The notes below the pieces were generated by a model, which was not told the DNA's origin, did not search any database, and saw nothing but the letters and a program-made list of their open reading frames with translations. From the NCBI GenBank assembly GCA_903919455.1, contig CAIXIJ010000023.1, positions 2,626 through 66,625 on the forward strand: 64,000 nt of DNA. Direction: 5' to 3'. A program made the position numbers and the translations under genes. This document shows, one piece after another, positions 9,495 through 17,872 of this stretch (positions are counted from its first letter, which is position 1; every line of letters begins with the position of its first letter). This DNA is from an uncultured Acidimicrobiaceae bacterium (GTDB lineage Bacteria > Actinomycetota > Acidimicrobiia > Acidimicrobiales > Ilumatobacteraceae).

Positions 9495-10602
9495 TCATAC
9501 TGTGGCTGCGGTCCACTGCCAGTGCCGACGACATGCCGTCCCACTCGCTCCACATATCGCACATTGCGTCCTTTGACCGCTCCCATGGGTCGTTCCCCGG
9601 CTCGTACTCCAGGAACTCTCCGTGCCAGCCGCGGTCGGGATGGTCCGACACTCCGGTGAGCACCTTGTCGGGCTGGCGCCGCTTGTTGCGCACCCGAAAG
9701 ATGATGTTCTTCCGGCTTTCGCTGCCGCGTTCGTTGCGGGTGACCGTGTGGAGGATGTGGTACGTGGCGATGGCCACATCACCGGCACGCATCATCACCT
9801 GCGTGGGGCGCGGCCAACGCCGACCGTCGGGCGTGCACTCCGAGGTCTCGTCGATGAACTGCTCCATCACCGCGTCGGGCGCATAGATCAGGCCGCAATG
9901 GTTCGGCACATCGTGACGCAACCGCGGCCAGCCCGGACCCTCCGGGCCGATGTGCCCGTTCACGCTGCGCTGCCAACGGAAGAACGACTCCACCGCATGG
10001 TGCGAACCGGGGATAACGGCCGTCTGGCCGCAACCCTCCACGAGTTGATCGTTCAGACAGACGAACAAGAACGCGGTGAAACTGCCGAGCCCCAGCGTCA
10101 TCGCGGGATCCTGGAACATCGGGGTCATGTTGTGGCCCATCACCTCGGCGCTGCGACCGAGGTCGCCCTTCGGTCCCGACGCGAAGTAGGTGCGATACAC
10201 CTCGTCGGGCGTGCCCTCCAATGGCGTTTGCGGCGGTGCAATGGTGATGGCCCCATCCATGTGCACCTCGGCGCCGTAGTACGGCAACTCGCGGTCGCGG
10301 TAGCCCGTCGGCATGAAGAAGTCGCCCGGGTCGCGCCGTTGATGGATACCGGGCTGGCATGCCGCGACGGGGTCGAAGTCGCCCATCACCTCGCGCAGGA
10401 TCGGCGTGACGCACGACCGGTTCACCAGATCGGTGAGCGCCCCGTCGTTCGCCAGCCCATCGCCCTTGGTAGCGCGCTCGATGCGCTCCAACGCTGCCGC
10501 CACCAACTCGGGCGGCACGGCACCACGCACCACCACGTAGCCGTCGCGATAGAGCGACTGCTTCTCGTCGAAGGTGAGGACGGTGCGTTGCGGCTTCGGC
10601 AC
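9451..10602 (-). CDS. PhyH-family Fe(II)/2-oxoglutarate dioxygenase (paralogue 1)
   Basis: 383 aa with a PhyH-like N-terminus (YRDGYVVVRGAV), a HxD-type motif (VHMDG) and a distal His (TYHILHTV). Its GTG start overlaps the TAG of the upstream gene by 1 nt (TAGTG). Confidence 0.7.
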   Translation of the reverse strand: MPKPQRTVLTFDEKQSLYRDGYVVVRGAVPPELVAAALERIERATKGDGLANDGALTDLVNRSCVTPILREVMGDFDPVAACQPGIHQRRDPGDFFMPTGYRDRELPYYGAEVHMDGAITIAPPQTPLEGTPDEVYRTYFASGPKGDLGRSAEVMGHNMTPMFQDPAMTLGLGSFTAFLFVCLNDQLVEGCGQTAVIPGSHHAVESFFRWQRSVNGHIGPEGPGWPRLRHDVPNHCGLIYAPDAVMEQFIDETSECTPDGRRWPRPTQVMMRAGDVAIATYHILHTVTRNERGSESRKNIIFRVRNKRRQPDKVLTGVSDHPDRGWHGEFLEYEPGNDPWERSKDAMCDMWSEWDGMSSALAVDRSHSMNGRSGFRSRLDNVQ

Positions 10603-11402
10603 TACTTCTTGCGCGCCGATCGAACTCCGAGGTACCCGCCGAGACCACCTACCACCGCAACGACCACCACGATGAGCGCCCAGGGTGTGTCGCTGCCACC
10701 GCCCGACGGCTCGACCACGGGTAGCACCGTGGTGCTGGTGCCCGACGTGCTCGACCCATCACCGGCGACGGTGGTGCTGGCACCGTCGGCTGGCGTGGAT
10801 CCCGACGTGGTGGTGGCACCATCGATGACACCACCCGAGACATCGGTGGTGCTGGGCGACCCGCCATTCGCCGCGGTCGTCGCGGTGGCACCCGGCACCG
10901 TGGTGGTGAAACCTGGCGCCGTCGGCGGCGGCTGCGTGCTCGGAGTGGGAGGCGGGTTGTTGCTCCACGTGATCGGGAAGAATTGGTCATTGCTCAGGTC
11001 GTCGATCACCTCGGGCGACAGGCGGAGATAGCACGTCGCCGAGTTCGGCACACCGGCAGAGCCCTTGGTGCCGCAGCTCCACTCCCCGAGGTTGGGGTCG
11101 TCGCCGTTGAACACGGTGATGACACCCTTGCCGCCACCGTTCACGATGACGGGGTTCACGGTGTTGAACTGCGTGCAGTCGAGGGCGAGATCGAACTTCG
11201 GGTCCTTGTCGCTCTTCCAGCACTGCTGAATGAAGACGATGCTCGCGGTCTGACCGGTGAGCGTGACGCCGACGTCTTCGGTCGATTTCGCGGCATCGAG
11301 CACGTTCGGAACCAGTACGGCATCGGCGAACGCCGGCCCCGACCAGGCGACAGCGATGACCAGCGCTACCACCACACGACCGACCATCGAAATGCGACGC
11401 AT
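10602..11402 (-). CDS. Secreted, C-terminally membrane-anchored protein: signal peptide + 4-Cys module + Ser/Thr/Pro/Gly-rich stalk + TM
   Basis: The start at ATG 11402 follows GGTGGAGG. Signal peptide is MRRISMVGRVVVALVIAVAWSGPAFA. A low-complexity STPG region is followed by the C-terminal TM ALIVVVVAVVGGLGGYLGV and the tail RSARKK. Confidence 0.75.
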   Translation of the reverse strand: MRRISMVGRVVVALVIAVAWSGPAFADAVLVPNVLDAAKSTEDVGVTLTGQTASIVFIQQCWKSDKDPKFDLALDCTQFNTVNPVIVNGGGKGVITVFNGDDPNLGEWSCGTKGSAGVPNSATCYLRLSPEVIDDLSNDQFFPITWSNNPPPTPSTQPPPTAPGFTTTVPGATATTAANGGSPSTTDVSGGVIDGATTTSGSTPADGASTTVAGDGSSTSGTSTTVLPVVEPSGGGSDTPWALIVVVVAVVGGLGGYLGVRSARKK

Positions 11403-11565
11403 GAAGACCTCCACCGCGGAACGCGACACTTCTTACCAGCGTAGACAATCGCCTGCGTCAACACCGGACGGCGGGCCGCAGTTCTGAGGTCCAACAGTGC
11501 AACGTTGCCGTCGCGTCACCATGCGGCCACCGCCTGTACACGGGAGCCGCAGTATCGTCCACGGT

Positions 11566-12108
11566 ATGCATGAGTTCCGGTCCGTCGACGACCTTCTCAC
11601 CCACCTTCTCGCTCTCAGCGAGATGCCATCGGTGGAGTGCGATCGGTTCACCGAACTCAACCACGGACTGCAAACTGCGGCCCTGCTGCGTGAAGAACAC
11701 CCCGACGACCTGGAATTGCAGGTGGCGGGACTGTTGCACGACGTGGCCCACCCGTGGGATGGGCCGGGCCAGCCGCGCCACGCCACGATGGGCGCCGACG
11801 CTGTGCGCGGGCTGCTCGGCGTCCGAGTCGCCAACCTCATTCAGGCACACGTTCCCGCGAAGCGATATCTCGTTGCCACGCGGCCCGAGTACTTCGCGCT
11901 GTTGTCGGACGACAGCGTGATGACACTCGCCGCACAGGGCGGCCCGATGGACGCGGTGGAGGTGGCCGAGTTCGAAACCGACCCCGACCACATGGCGATG
12001 GTGGCCCTGCGTATCGCCGACGATGGCGCGAAGGTGGTCGGCGCGAAAGTGACCGGCCTGGAGTTCTGGGTGCCGATCATCCAATCGGTCGCTGCCATCC
12101 ACGCATGA
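11566..12108 (+). CDS. HD-domain protein with a PhnZ-like (diiron oxygenase-type) ligand pattern
   Basis: About 180 aa from MHEF. It has H33, H58-D59 (LLHDV), H72, H95 (AHVPAKRYL) and D152 (RIADDGAK). Its TGA overlaps the ATG of the next gene. The start could alternatively be ATG 11521 or 11497. Confidence 0.7.
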   Translation: MHEFRSVDDLLTHLLALSEMPSVECDRFTELNHGLQTAALLREEHPDDLELQVAGLLHDVAHPWDGPGQPRHATMGADAVRGLLGVRVANLIQAHVPAKRYLVATRPEYFALLSDDSVMTLAAQGGPMDAVEVAEFETDPDHMAMVALRIADDGAKVVGAKVTGLEFWVPIIQSVAAIHA

Positions 12109-12881
12109 CCGCCTCCTTCGCACCGGGCGACCCCGCAGGGGCCACGCACTTCGCCGAGCACGGCTGGGCGTTGGTGAACACGCTCACTCACGACGAGGCC
12201 GAGCAGTTGCGCCGGTGGGTGGACGACATCGCCGCGTGGCCCGATGCCGACGGCGACTGGCTGCACTACCGCGAGCTCACCGACTTCGGGCCCAAGCTGT
12301 GTCGCACCGAGAACTTCGTGCCCTTTCACGACGGGCTTCGGGCACTGCTCACCGCAGGTTCGATGGTGGCGACTGCCGGCGAACTGCTGGGCGAGCCGGC
12401 CGCGCTCTACAAGGAGAAGATCAACTACAAGCTCGTCGGGGGCGCCGGTTACTCGCCGCACCAAGACGCGCCTGCATACCCGTTCATCGAGGCCCATGTG
12501 AGTTGCATGGTCGCCATCGACGACGCCGACATCACCAATGGGTGTCTGGAAGTGGTGAGCGGGATGCACCACGAGTTGCTGCCCATGGACGACGTGGGCT
12601 GCATCCACCCCGACTCGGTGGCAGCGATGGAGTGGACCCCCATGCCCATTCGCGCCGGGCAGACGCTGTGGTTCCACAGCCGCACGCCACACCGCAGCGG
12701 GCCGAACCTGTCGAAGGCAGACCGGCGTGCGCTGTACCCCACCTACAACGCCCTGCGCGAGGGCAACCTGCGCGACGCCTACTACCACGAGAAGTTGGCG
12801 CGCATGGCCGCCGCCACCGTGGGTTCGAACGTGCAGGTGTCGCTGATCGGCGACTTCCAGGGCCGCCCCGTCGCCGACTGA
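12105..12881 (+). CDS. PhyH-family Fe(II)/2-oxoglutarate dioxygenase (paralogue 2)
   Basis: 258 aa with the motifs SPHQDAP (HxD) and a distal His in WFHSRTPHRS. There is an ATGA overlap with the HD gene at 12105-12108. Confidence 0.8.
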   Translation: MTASFAPGDPAGATHFAEHGWALVNTLTHDEAEQLRRWVDDIAAWPDADGDWLHYRELTDFGPKLCRTENFVPFHDGLRALLTAGSMVATAGELLGEPAALYKEKINYKLVGGAGYSPHQDAPAYPFIEAHVSCMVAIDDADITNGCLEVVSGMHHELLPMDDVGCIHPDSVAAMEWTPMPIRAGQTLWFHSRTPHRSGPNLSKADRRALYPTYNALREGNLRDAYYHEKLARMAAATVGSNVQVSLIGDFQGRPVAD

Positions 12882-13000
12882 CCCGGGGTTTCCAGGCGTG
12901 CTCGTTCCCGGTTTCCGGGAGCGACGCCGCCGGGAAGCCAGTTTGGGAAGGATGCCGCCGAGAAGCCGAGGGGGTGGGGCGCAGCGGGCAGACTGGCGGG

Positions 13001-14410
13001 ATGCAGCGCGCACTCATCGACCCCGCCACCGGCCGCCAGTTCGCCACGGTCGCCGACACCAGCACCGCCGACCTCGACCGGCAGGTGCTTGCTGCGGTAG
13101 CAGCCGGCAGGGAATGGGGCAGCGCCGCTCCGTCGGCACGCAGCCTGGTGCTGCTGAAGTTGGCCGACTTGGTGGAGCAGCACGCCGATGAGATCTCGCG
13201 CCTCGACGTGGAGGAGACCGGCAAACCGTGGACCGTGATGCGCGACGGCGAGCTGCCCTTCGCCGCCGACAACCTGCGCTTCTTCGCCGCGTCGGCGCGT
13301 TCACTGCACGGCACCGCAGCCGGCGAGTTCAGCACCGGCTACACCTCGATGTTGCTGCGCCGACCGGCGGGCACCGTGGCCGCCATCACGCCCTGGAACT
13401 TCCCCTTCATCATGGCCGTGTGGAAGGTGGGCGCCGCACTGGCGGCCGGCTGCACCGTGGTACTGAAGCCAGCACCCACCACACCGCGCTCATCAATCCG
13501 ACTCGCCGAACTTGCCCAGCAGGCCGGACTGCCGGCGGGCGCCCTCAGCGTGGTGACGGGCGACGCCGAGGTGGGTGAAGCGCTGGTCACGCACCCGGCC
13601 ATCGACATGATCACGGTCACCGGCAGCAGCGGCACCGGCCGCCGCATCATGCAGCTCGCTGCGAACGGCCCCAAGCGCGTGCACCTCGAACTCGGCGGCA
13701 AGGCACCGTTCATCGTCTTCGGCGACGCCGACATCGAGGCCGTGGCGGGTGCCGCCGCACTGGCCGGCACCTACAACTCGGGCCAAGACTGCACCGCAGC
13801 CACACGCATCTATGTGGAACGGTCGCGACACGACGAACTGGTGGATGCCATCGCCGCAACGATGAACACCATTCGCCTCGGCGACCCGTTCGATGCCAGC
13901 ACCGACATCGGCCCGTTGATAACCGCAGCCCATCGCGACCGCGTGCAGGGTTTCGTGGATCGCGCCCGCACCGCGGGCGCGCGAGTGGTGTGCGGCGGGA
14001 CGGCACTGGACCGCGACGGCTTCTTCTTCCAACCGGCGCTCATCACCGGCGCCGACCAGCGAAGCGAATTGGTGCAGGACGAGATCTTCGGGCCGGTGCT
14101 GGCAGTGGTGCCCTTCGACGACGAAGGCGACGCCATCGCCAAGGCCAACGACACCGCCTACGGGTTGGCGTCGTCGGTATGGACCAATGCCGTCGACCGC
14201 GGGCTACGCGTGGCCCACCAACTGCGGGCCGGCGTCACGTGGGTGAACGACCACCTGCCCATCGCCAGCGAGATGCCGCACGGAGGCCGAGGTGCCAGTG
14301 GGTTCGGCAAAGACATGGGCCACGACGCCGTGCTCGACTTCACGCTGGGCCACCACGTAATGGTGAAACACCAGCAGCCCGCAGAACGCACCGGCTTCCG
14401 CCCGGCCTGA
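13001..14410 (+). CDS. NAD(P)-dependent aldehyde dehydrogenase
   Basis: 469 aa with ALDH motifs ITPWNFP, VHLELGGKAP and a catalytic Cys in NSGQDCTAATR, plus EIFGPV. The longer track ORF starting at 12215 overlaps the preceding gene and is not used. Confidence 0.9.
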   Translation: MQRALIDPATGRQFATVADTSTADLDRQVLAAVAAGREWGSAAPSARSLVLLKLADLVEQHADEISRLDVEETGKPWTVMRDGELPFAADNLRFFAASARSLHGTAAGEFSTGYTSMLLRRPAGTVAAITPWNFPFIMAVWKVGAALAAGCTVVLKPAPTTPRSSIRLAELAQQAGLPAGALSVVTGDAEVGEALVTHPAIDMITVTGSSGTGRRIMQLAANGPKRVHLELGGKAPFIVFGDADIEAVAGAAALAGTYNSGQDCTAATRIYVERSRHDELVDAIAATMNTIRLGDPFDASTDIGPLITAAHRDRVQGFVDRARTAGARVVCGGTALDRDGFFFQPALITGADQRSELVQDEIFGPVLAVVPFDDEGDAIAKANDTAYGLASSVWTNAVDRGLRVAHQLRAGVTWVNDHLPIASEMPHGGRGASGFGKDMGHDAVLDFTLGHHVMVKHQQPAERTGFRPA

Positions 14411-14526
14411 CACCGCGCGAAACCAGGCGCAAACACTGTGTGAACACGTCACGGTAGGTCTGGCTGCAATCGCCGATCGTCGCTACGGTCGGTTGTTGAT
14501 CGTGGTCGCGCGAACGGGAGGTTGCG

Positions 14527-16416
14527 ATGCGCCGTCTGCTCGCTGCCAGCGTCCTCATTGTCAGCGCCGCTGCACCGATTGCCGCTGCGGCCGACGCTGC
14601 CCTCCCCACCACCGCCACCTACATCGTCGCACTGCACCCCGACCCTGCCGCCGCCGTCACTGAGGCCAACGACCTCACCCACGCTCACGGCGGACACGTC
14701 GACGATGTCGTCGAGTACGCACTCGACGGGTTCATCGTCACCGCCACTGCGACGCAAGCAGCGGCGCTCGCACGCGATCCACGAGTGGCCTACGTCGAAC
14801 GCGATCGCCCCGTCACCGCCGACGCCCAGACCACGCCAACCGGCATCACCCGCATCGGAGCGGCGGCCAACACTGCACTGCGTATCAATGGCGTCGACAG
14901 CGCCCGAGCCGATGTCGACGTGGCGATCGTCGACACTGGCATCGACTTCCAGCATCCCGATTTGAACGTCGCCGGCGGCGTGAACTGCATGGCCACCACG
15001 GGCTGCACCGCTGGCGGCGACGACGACAACTTCCACGGCACTCACGTCGCCGGCATCGTCGGGGCCATCGACAATGGCATCGGCGTCGTTGGTGTGGCCC
15101 CTGGCGCACGCCTGTGGGCGGTGAAGGTGCTCGACTCCTTGGGCAACGGAACCGTGGCCGACGTGATTCGCGGTATCGACTGGGTGACGGCGCACGCCGC
15201 AACCATCGAGGTTGCCAACCTCAGCCTCGGCGTCAGTGGTTTCAGCCAGGCGATGTACGACTCCATCCAAGCTGCCGTGACCCACGGTGTTGCATTCGCC
15301 GTCGCTGCCGGCAACAGCCACATCAACGTGGTCGGGGTGAGCCCCGCATCGTTCAACAATGTGCTCACGGTGAGTGCCCTCGCCGACTTCGATGGGCGCA
15401 GTGGCGGGCTGGCTGCCAACAACTGCGTCGACGATGCGGGCGACGTCGATGACACGTTCGCCAACTTCTCGAACTTCGGACCCGTCGACATGGTGGCACC
15501 GGGCGTATGCATCAACTCCACCGTGCCGCTGGAGCAGGGGTCGTACGGCAGACTGACCGGCACCAGCATGGCGGCACCTCATGTCGCCGGAGCATTGGCC
15601 TTGCTGGCGCGAGCCTCGAACCCGAACACTGCCGCCGACGTGATCGACCTCTACCGCAGCGTCATCGCCGCCGGAGCGTTCGACTGGACCGACGACTCCG
15701 GAGACGGCGTCACCGAACCGCGGCTCGACGTCAGCAACTCGGCCCTGTTCTCCATCGGTGTGCCACCGTCCTGTGCGGCCATCGGTACCACCGGTCTGCT
15801 CGGCGCGTGGAAGGGCGACTCCACCGTCGCCGCATTGGCTGGCCCCGCGCTGCAGGGGTCGTCCTCGTTCGGCGTGGGAGAAGTCGGGCAAGGCTTCCTG
15901 CTCGACAGCGCCAGCTCGTTAGCCGTTCCCAACCTTCCCAGCGTCTCGAGCGGCGTAACGGTGGAGGCTTGGCTACGACCGACCGACGCCCTGCGGGCCC
16001 AGGCCGTCATCTCGCGCTGGAACGACGTCGACGAACACGGCCGCAGCTTCCGCCTTGCCGTGCTCAACGGCGGACTCATCGAATGGTCCACCGACGACAC
16101 GACTGCACGTCGACCCGAGACCCTCCGCTCGGCGGCTTCAACGTTGTTCGATGGCGGGCTCCATCATGTGGCTGCCACCTGGGACGCGACGACGATGACG
16201 CTGTACGTCGATGGCATCGCCATCGCATCGAAGCCCTCGCAAGGCGGCGTCTTGGAACCGGCAGTGGCCTCCCAGCTACGGCTCGGCACAGAGGACGGTC
16301 CGGGCGACCCGCTGCACCTGTCGGGAGTGCTCGACGAGCCGAGCGTGTGGTCGAGAGCGTTGACGGCTGCTGAGGTGGTTGCTGTCTTCGACGCCGCCAG
16401 CGCCGGCCGGTGCTGA
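14527..16416 (+). CDS. Secreted subtilisin-like (S8) serine protease with C-terminal LamG/concanavalin-like domain
   Basis: 629 aa. The SD GGGAGG precedes the ATG. Signal peptide is MRRLLAASVLIVSAAAPIAAAA. The catalytic triad contexts are VDTGID, HGTHVAG and GTSMAAPHVAG. The C-terminal roughly 170 aa resemble LamG_3 (HHVAATWDATTMTLYVDG...LDEPSVWSRALTAAEV). Confidence 0.85.
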   Translation: MRRLLAASVLIVSAAAPIAAAADAALPTTATYIVALHPDPAAAVTEANDLTHAHGGHVDDVVEYALDGFIVTATATQAAALARDPRVAYVERDRPVTADAQTTPTGITRIGAAANTALRINGVDSARADVDVAIVDTGIDFQHPDLNVAGGVNCMATTGCTAGGDDDNFHGTHVAGIVGAIDNGIGVVGVAPGARLWAVKVLDSLGNGTVADVIRGIDWVTAHAATIEVANLSLGVSGFSQAMYDSIQAAVTHGVAFAVAAGNSHINVVGVSPASFNNVLTVSALADFDGRSGGLAANNCVDDAGDVDDTFANFSNFGPVDMVAPGVCINSTVPLEQGSYGRLTGTSMAAPHVAGALALLARASNPNTAADVIDLYRSVIAAGAFDWTDDSGDGVTEPRLDVSNSALFSIGVPPSCAAIGTTGLLGAWKGDSTVAALAGPALQGSSSFGVGEVGQGFLLDSASSLAVPNLPSVSSGVTVEAWLRPTDALRAQAVISRWNDVDEHGRSFRLAVLNGGLIEWSTDDTTARRPETLRSAASTLFDGGLHHVAATWDATTMTLYVDGIAIASKPSQGGVLEPAVASQLRLGTEDGPGDPLHLSGVLDEPSVWSRALTAAEVVAVFDAASAGRC

Positions 16417-16461
16417 GCAGCGTCGACAGCACCGTTGCCGCCAACCCGACGGCGAGCGGCG

Positions 16462-17685
16462 TCAGGTGGGGGCGGGTAGCTCCCGCATGTGGCGCAGATG
16501 CTCCTCGGTGCGGAAGGTCTCCTGCTCGCGCTGAATCTGCACCAACGAGAACTGCTCCACATCCACCTCATGCACCGTGGCCATGGAGAGTTCACCGACA
16601 TGCCGGTATGCGCCATCAAAGCGACGACGCACGGCCGCCAGCGAACCGTTCGCGTCGCCCGATTGGGCCGTGCCGCGATAGCCGTAACCTTCCACCAGGT
16701 TCGCCGTGATCATGGACTGCAGCCCCAACCGCCACAGCAACTTGTCGGTGGCCTCGGCCAACACCTCCGGGCTCACACCGAGGAGGAAGCTCTCCTGCTG
16801 CCGGGCCCACGGCTTCACGACGGAGTTGGTGAGCACGTAGCGATGATCATCGGTGTGGTTCACCGCACCGCCGTGCAACAGGCGGCCATCGAACATCAGC
16901 ACCGTGCCGGCCGGGGCTTCGAGGTTGATCGGTCGCGGCAGCGCCCCGTACAGGCCCTTGCCCGGCTCGCCGTTCGCTCGATGTGAGCCGGGCACCAGCA
17001 GCGTGCCGCCGTTGCGCTCGTCGACGTCTTGCAGGATGTACATCGAGTTCACCAGGATCGGTGCTTCGTGGGTGTGGATGGGCGCCACCCATGTCTGGTC
17101 CTGATGCATCGGCTGCGGATAGCAGCCGGGGTACGAGATGTTCGCCAACAGGCTGAAGTGGTTCCAGCCCGTGCCCAGCGTTTCGTCGAGGATGCGTTCG
17201 ATCATCGGGCCTGCCTGCACCGAATCCGGGTCGTGCTGCAACAGCCCCACGAAGTCGGCGCCCTTGTTCACCAACGACCACACGTGCTGCTGCGATGAGA
17301 CCAAGTAACCGATGCCGAGGGCTCGCTCTGCGGCAGCCTGATCGGCCACGCGCTCGCGGATGCGACTGCACTGCTCCGCCGAGAGACCGTCCTCGATGAG
17401 GCAGAAGCCCCACTCGTGAAGATCGCGGCCCAACTGCTGCAGGTCCTTCGTGGGCGTGGGCAAATCGATGTCGCGCCAGTACTCGTGCTTCCTGGCCACG
17501 GTGGTGTCGTAGTACCAACCCTTGCCCCAGTCGAGCGCGTCGCCGTCCTTCGGTGGTAGCAGCCACGGGTTGTTGATGAAGATCGAGAGATACGGCTCGC
17601 CGCTCTGCAGGAACGACTGATACGGACGGAATGCATCCGTCTGCACAGCACTCAAGGCCTCTGGTGTGAACTCGTTCGGAATCAT
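16462..17685 (-). CDS. PhyH-family Fe(II)/2-oxoglutarate dioxygenase (paralogue 3) with N-terminal extension
   Basis: 407 aa with MHQDQ (HxD), LLVPGSHR, and a distal His in FDGRLLHGG. Confidence 0.75.
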   Translation of the reverse strand: MIPNEFTPEALSAVQTDAFRPYQSFLQSGEPYLSIFINNPWLLPPKDGDALDWGKGWYYDTTVARKHEYWRDIDLPTPTKDLQQLGRDLHEWGFCLIEDGLSAEQCSRIRERVADQAAAERALGIGYLVSSQQHVWSLVNKGADFVGLLQHDPDSVQAGPMIERILDETLGTGWNHFSLLANISYPGCYPQPMHQDQTWVAPIHTHEAPILVNSMYILQDVDERNGGTLLVPGSHRANGEPGKGLYGALPRPINLEAPAGTVLMFDGRLLHGGAVNHTDDHRYVLTNSVVKPWARQQESFLLGVSPEVLAEATDKLLWRLGLQSMITANLVEGYGYRGTAQSGDANGSLAAVRRRFDGAYRHVGELSMATVHEVDVEQFSLVQIQREQETFRTEEHLRHMRELPAPT

Positions 17686-17872
17686 GCAAACCCCCGGTCG
17701 CTCAACTTAGCCAACACCGGGATCCCACCCCTACGCTCAAGACCGAGAAAGTGGAGACTGCAATGGCACACAAATGCGGTCCCTTGGCTGCACTGGCTAG
17801 CGAGTGGGATGGGCAGGATGGTCAAAGGCCCTGTGCACTCGAGGCGCCGCGTTGTTGGCTGACCTTCGTCCG

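Noticed and set aside
14449-15891. A 480-aa minus-strand ORF opposite the S8 protease gene. Similar long shadow ORFs occur at 775-1785, 5994-7019, 9622-11031, 11841-13013, 18407-19573, 27475-29172, 40869-41885, 46009-46938 and 56790-58301.
   Set aside because: Each overlaps a gene with clear family motifs on the other strand or in another frame, and none shows motifs of its own. They are treated as high-GC artefacts.
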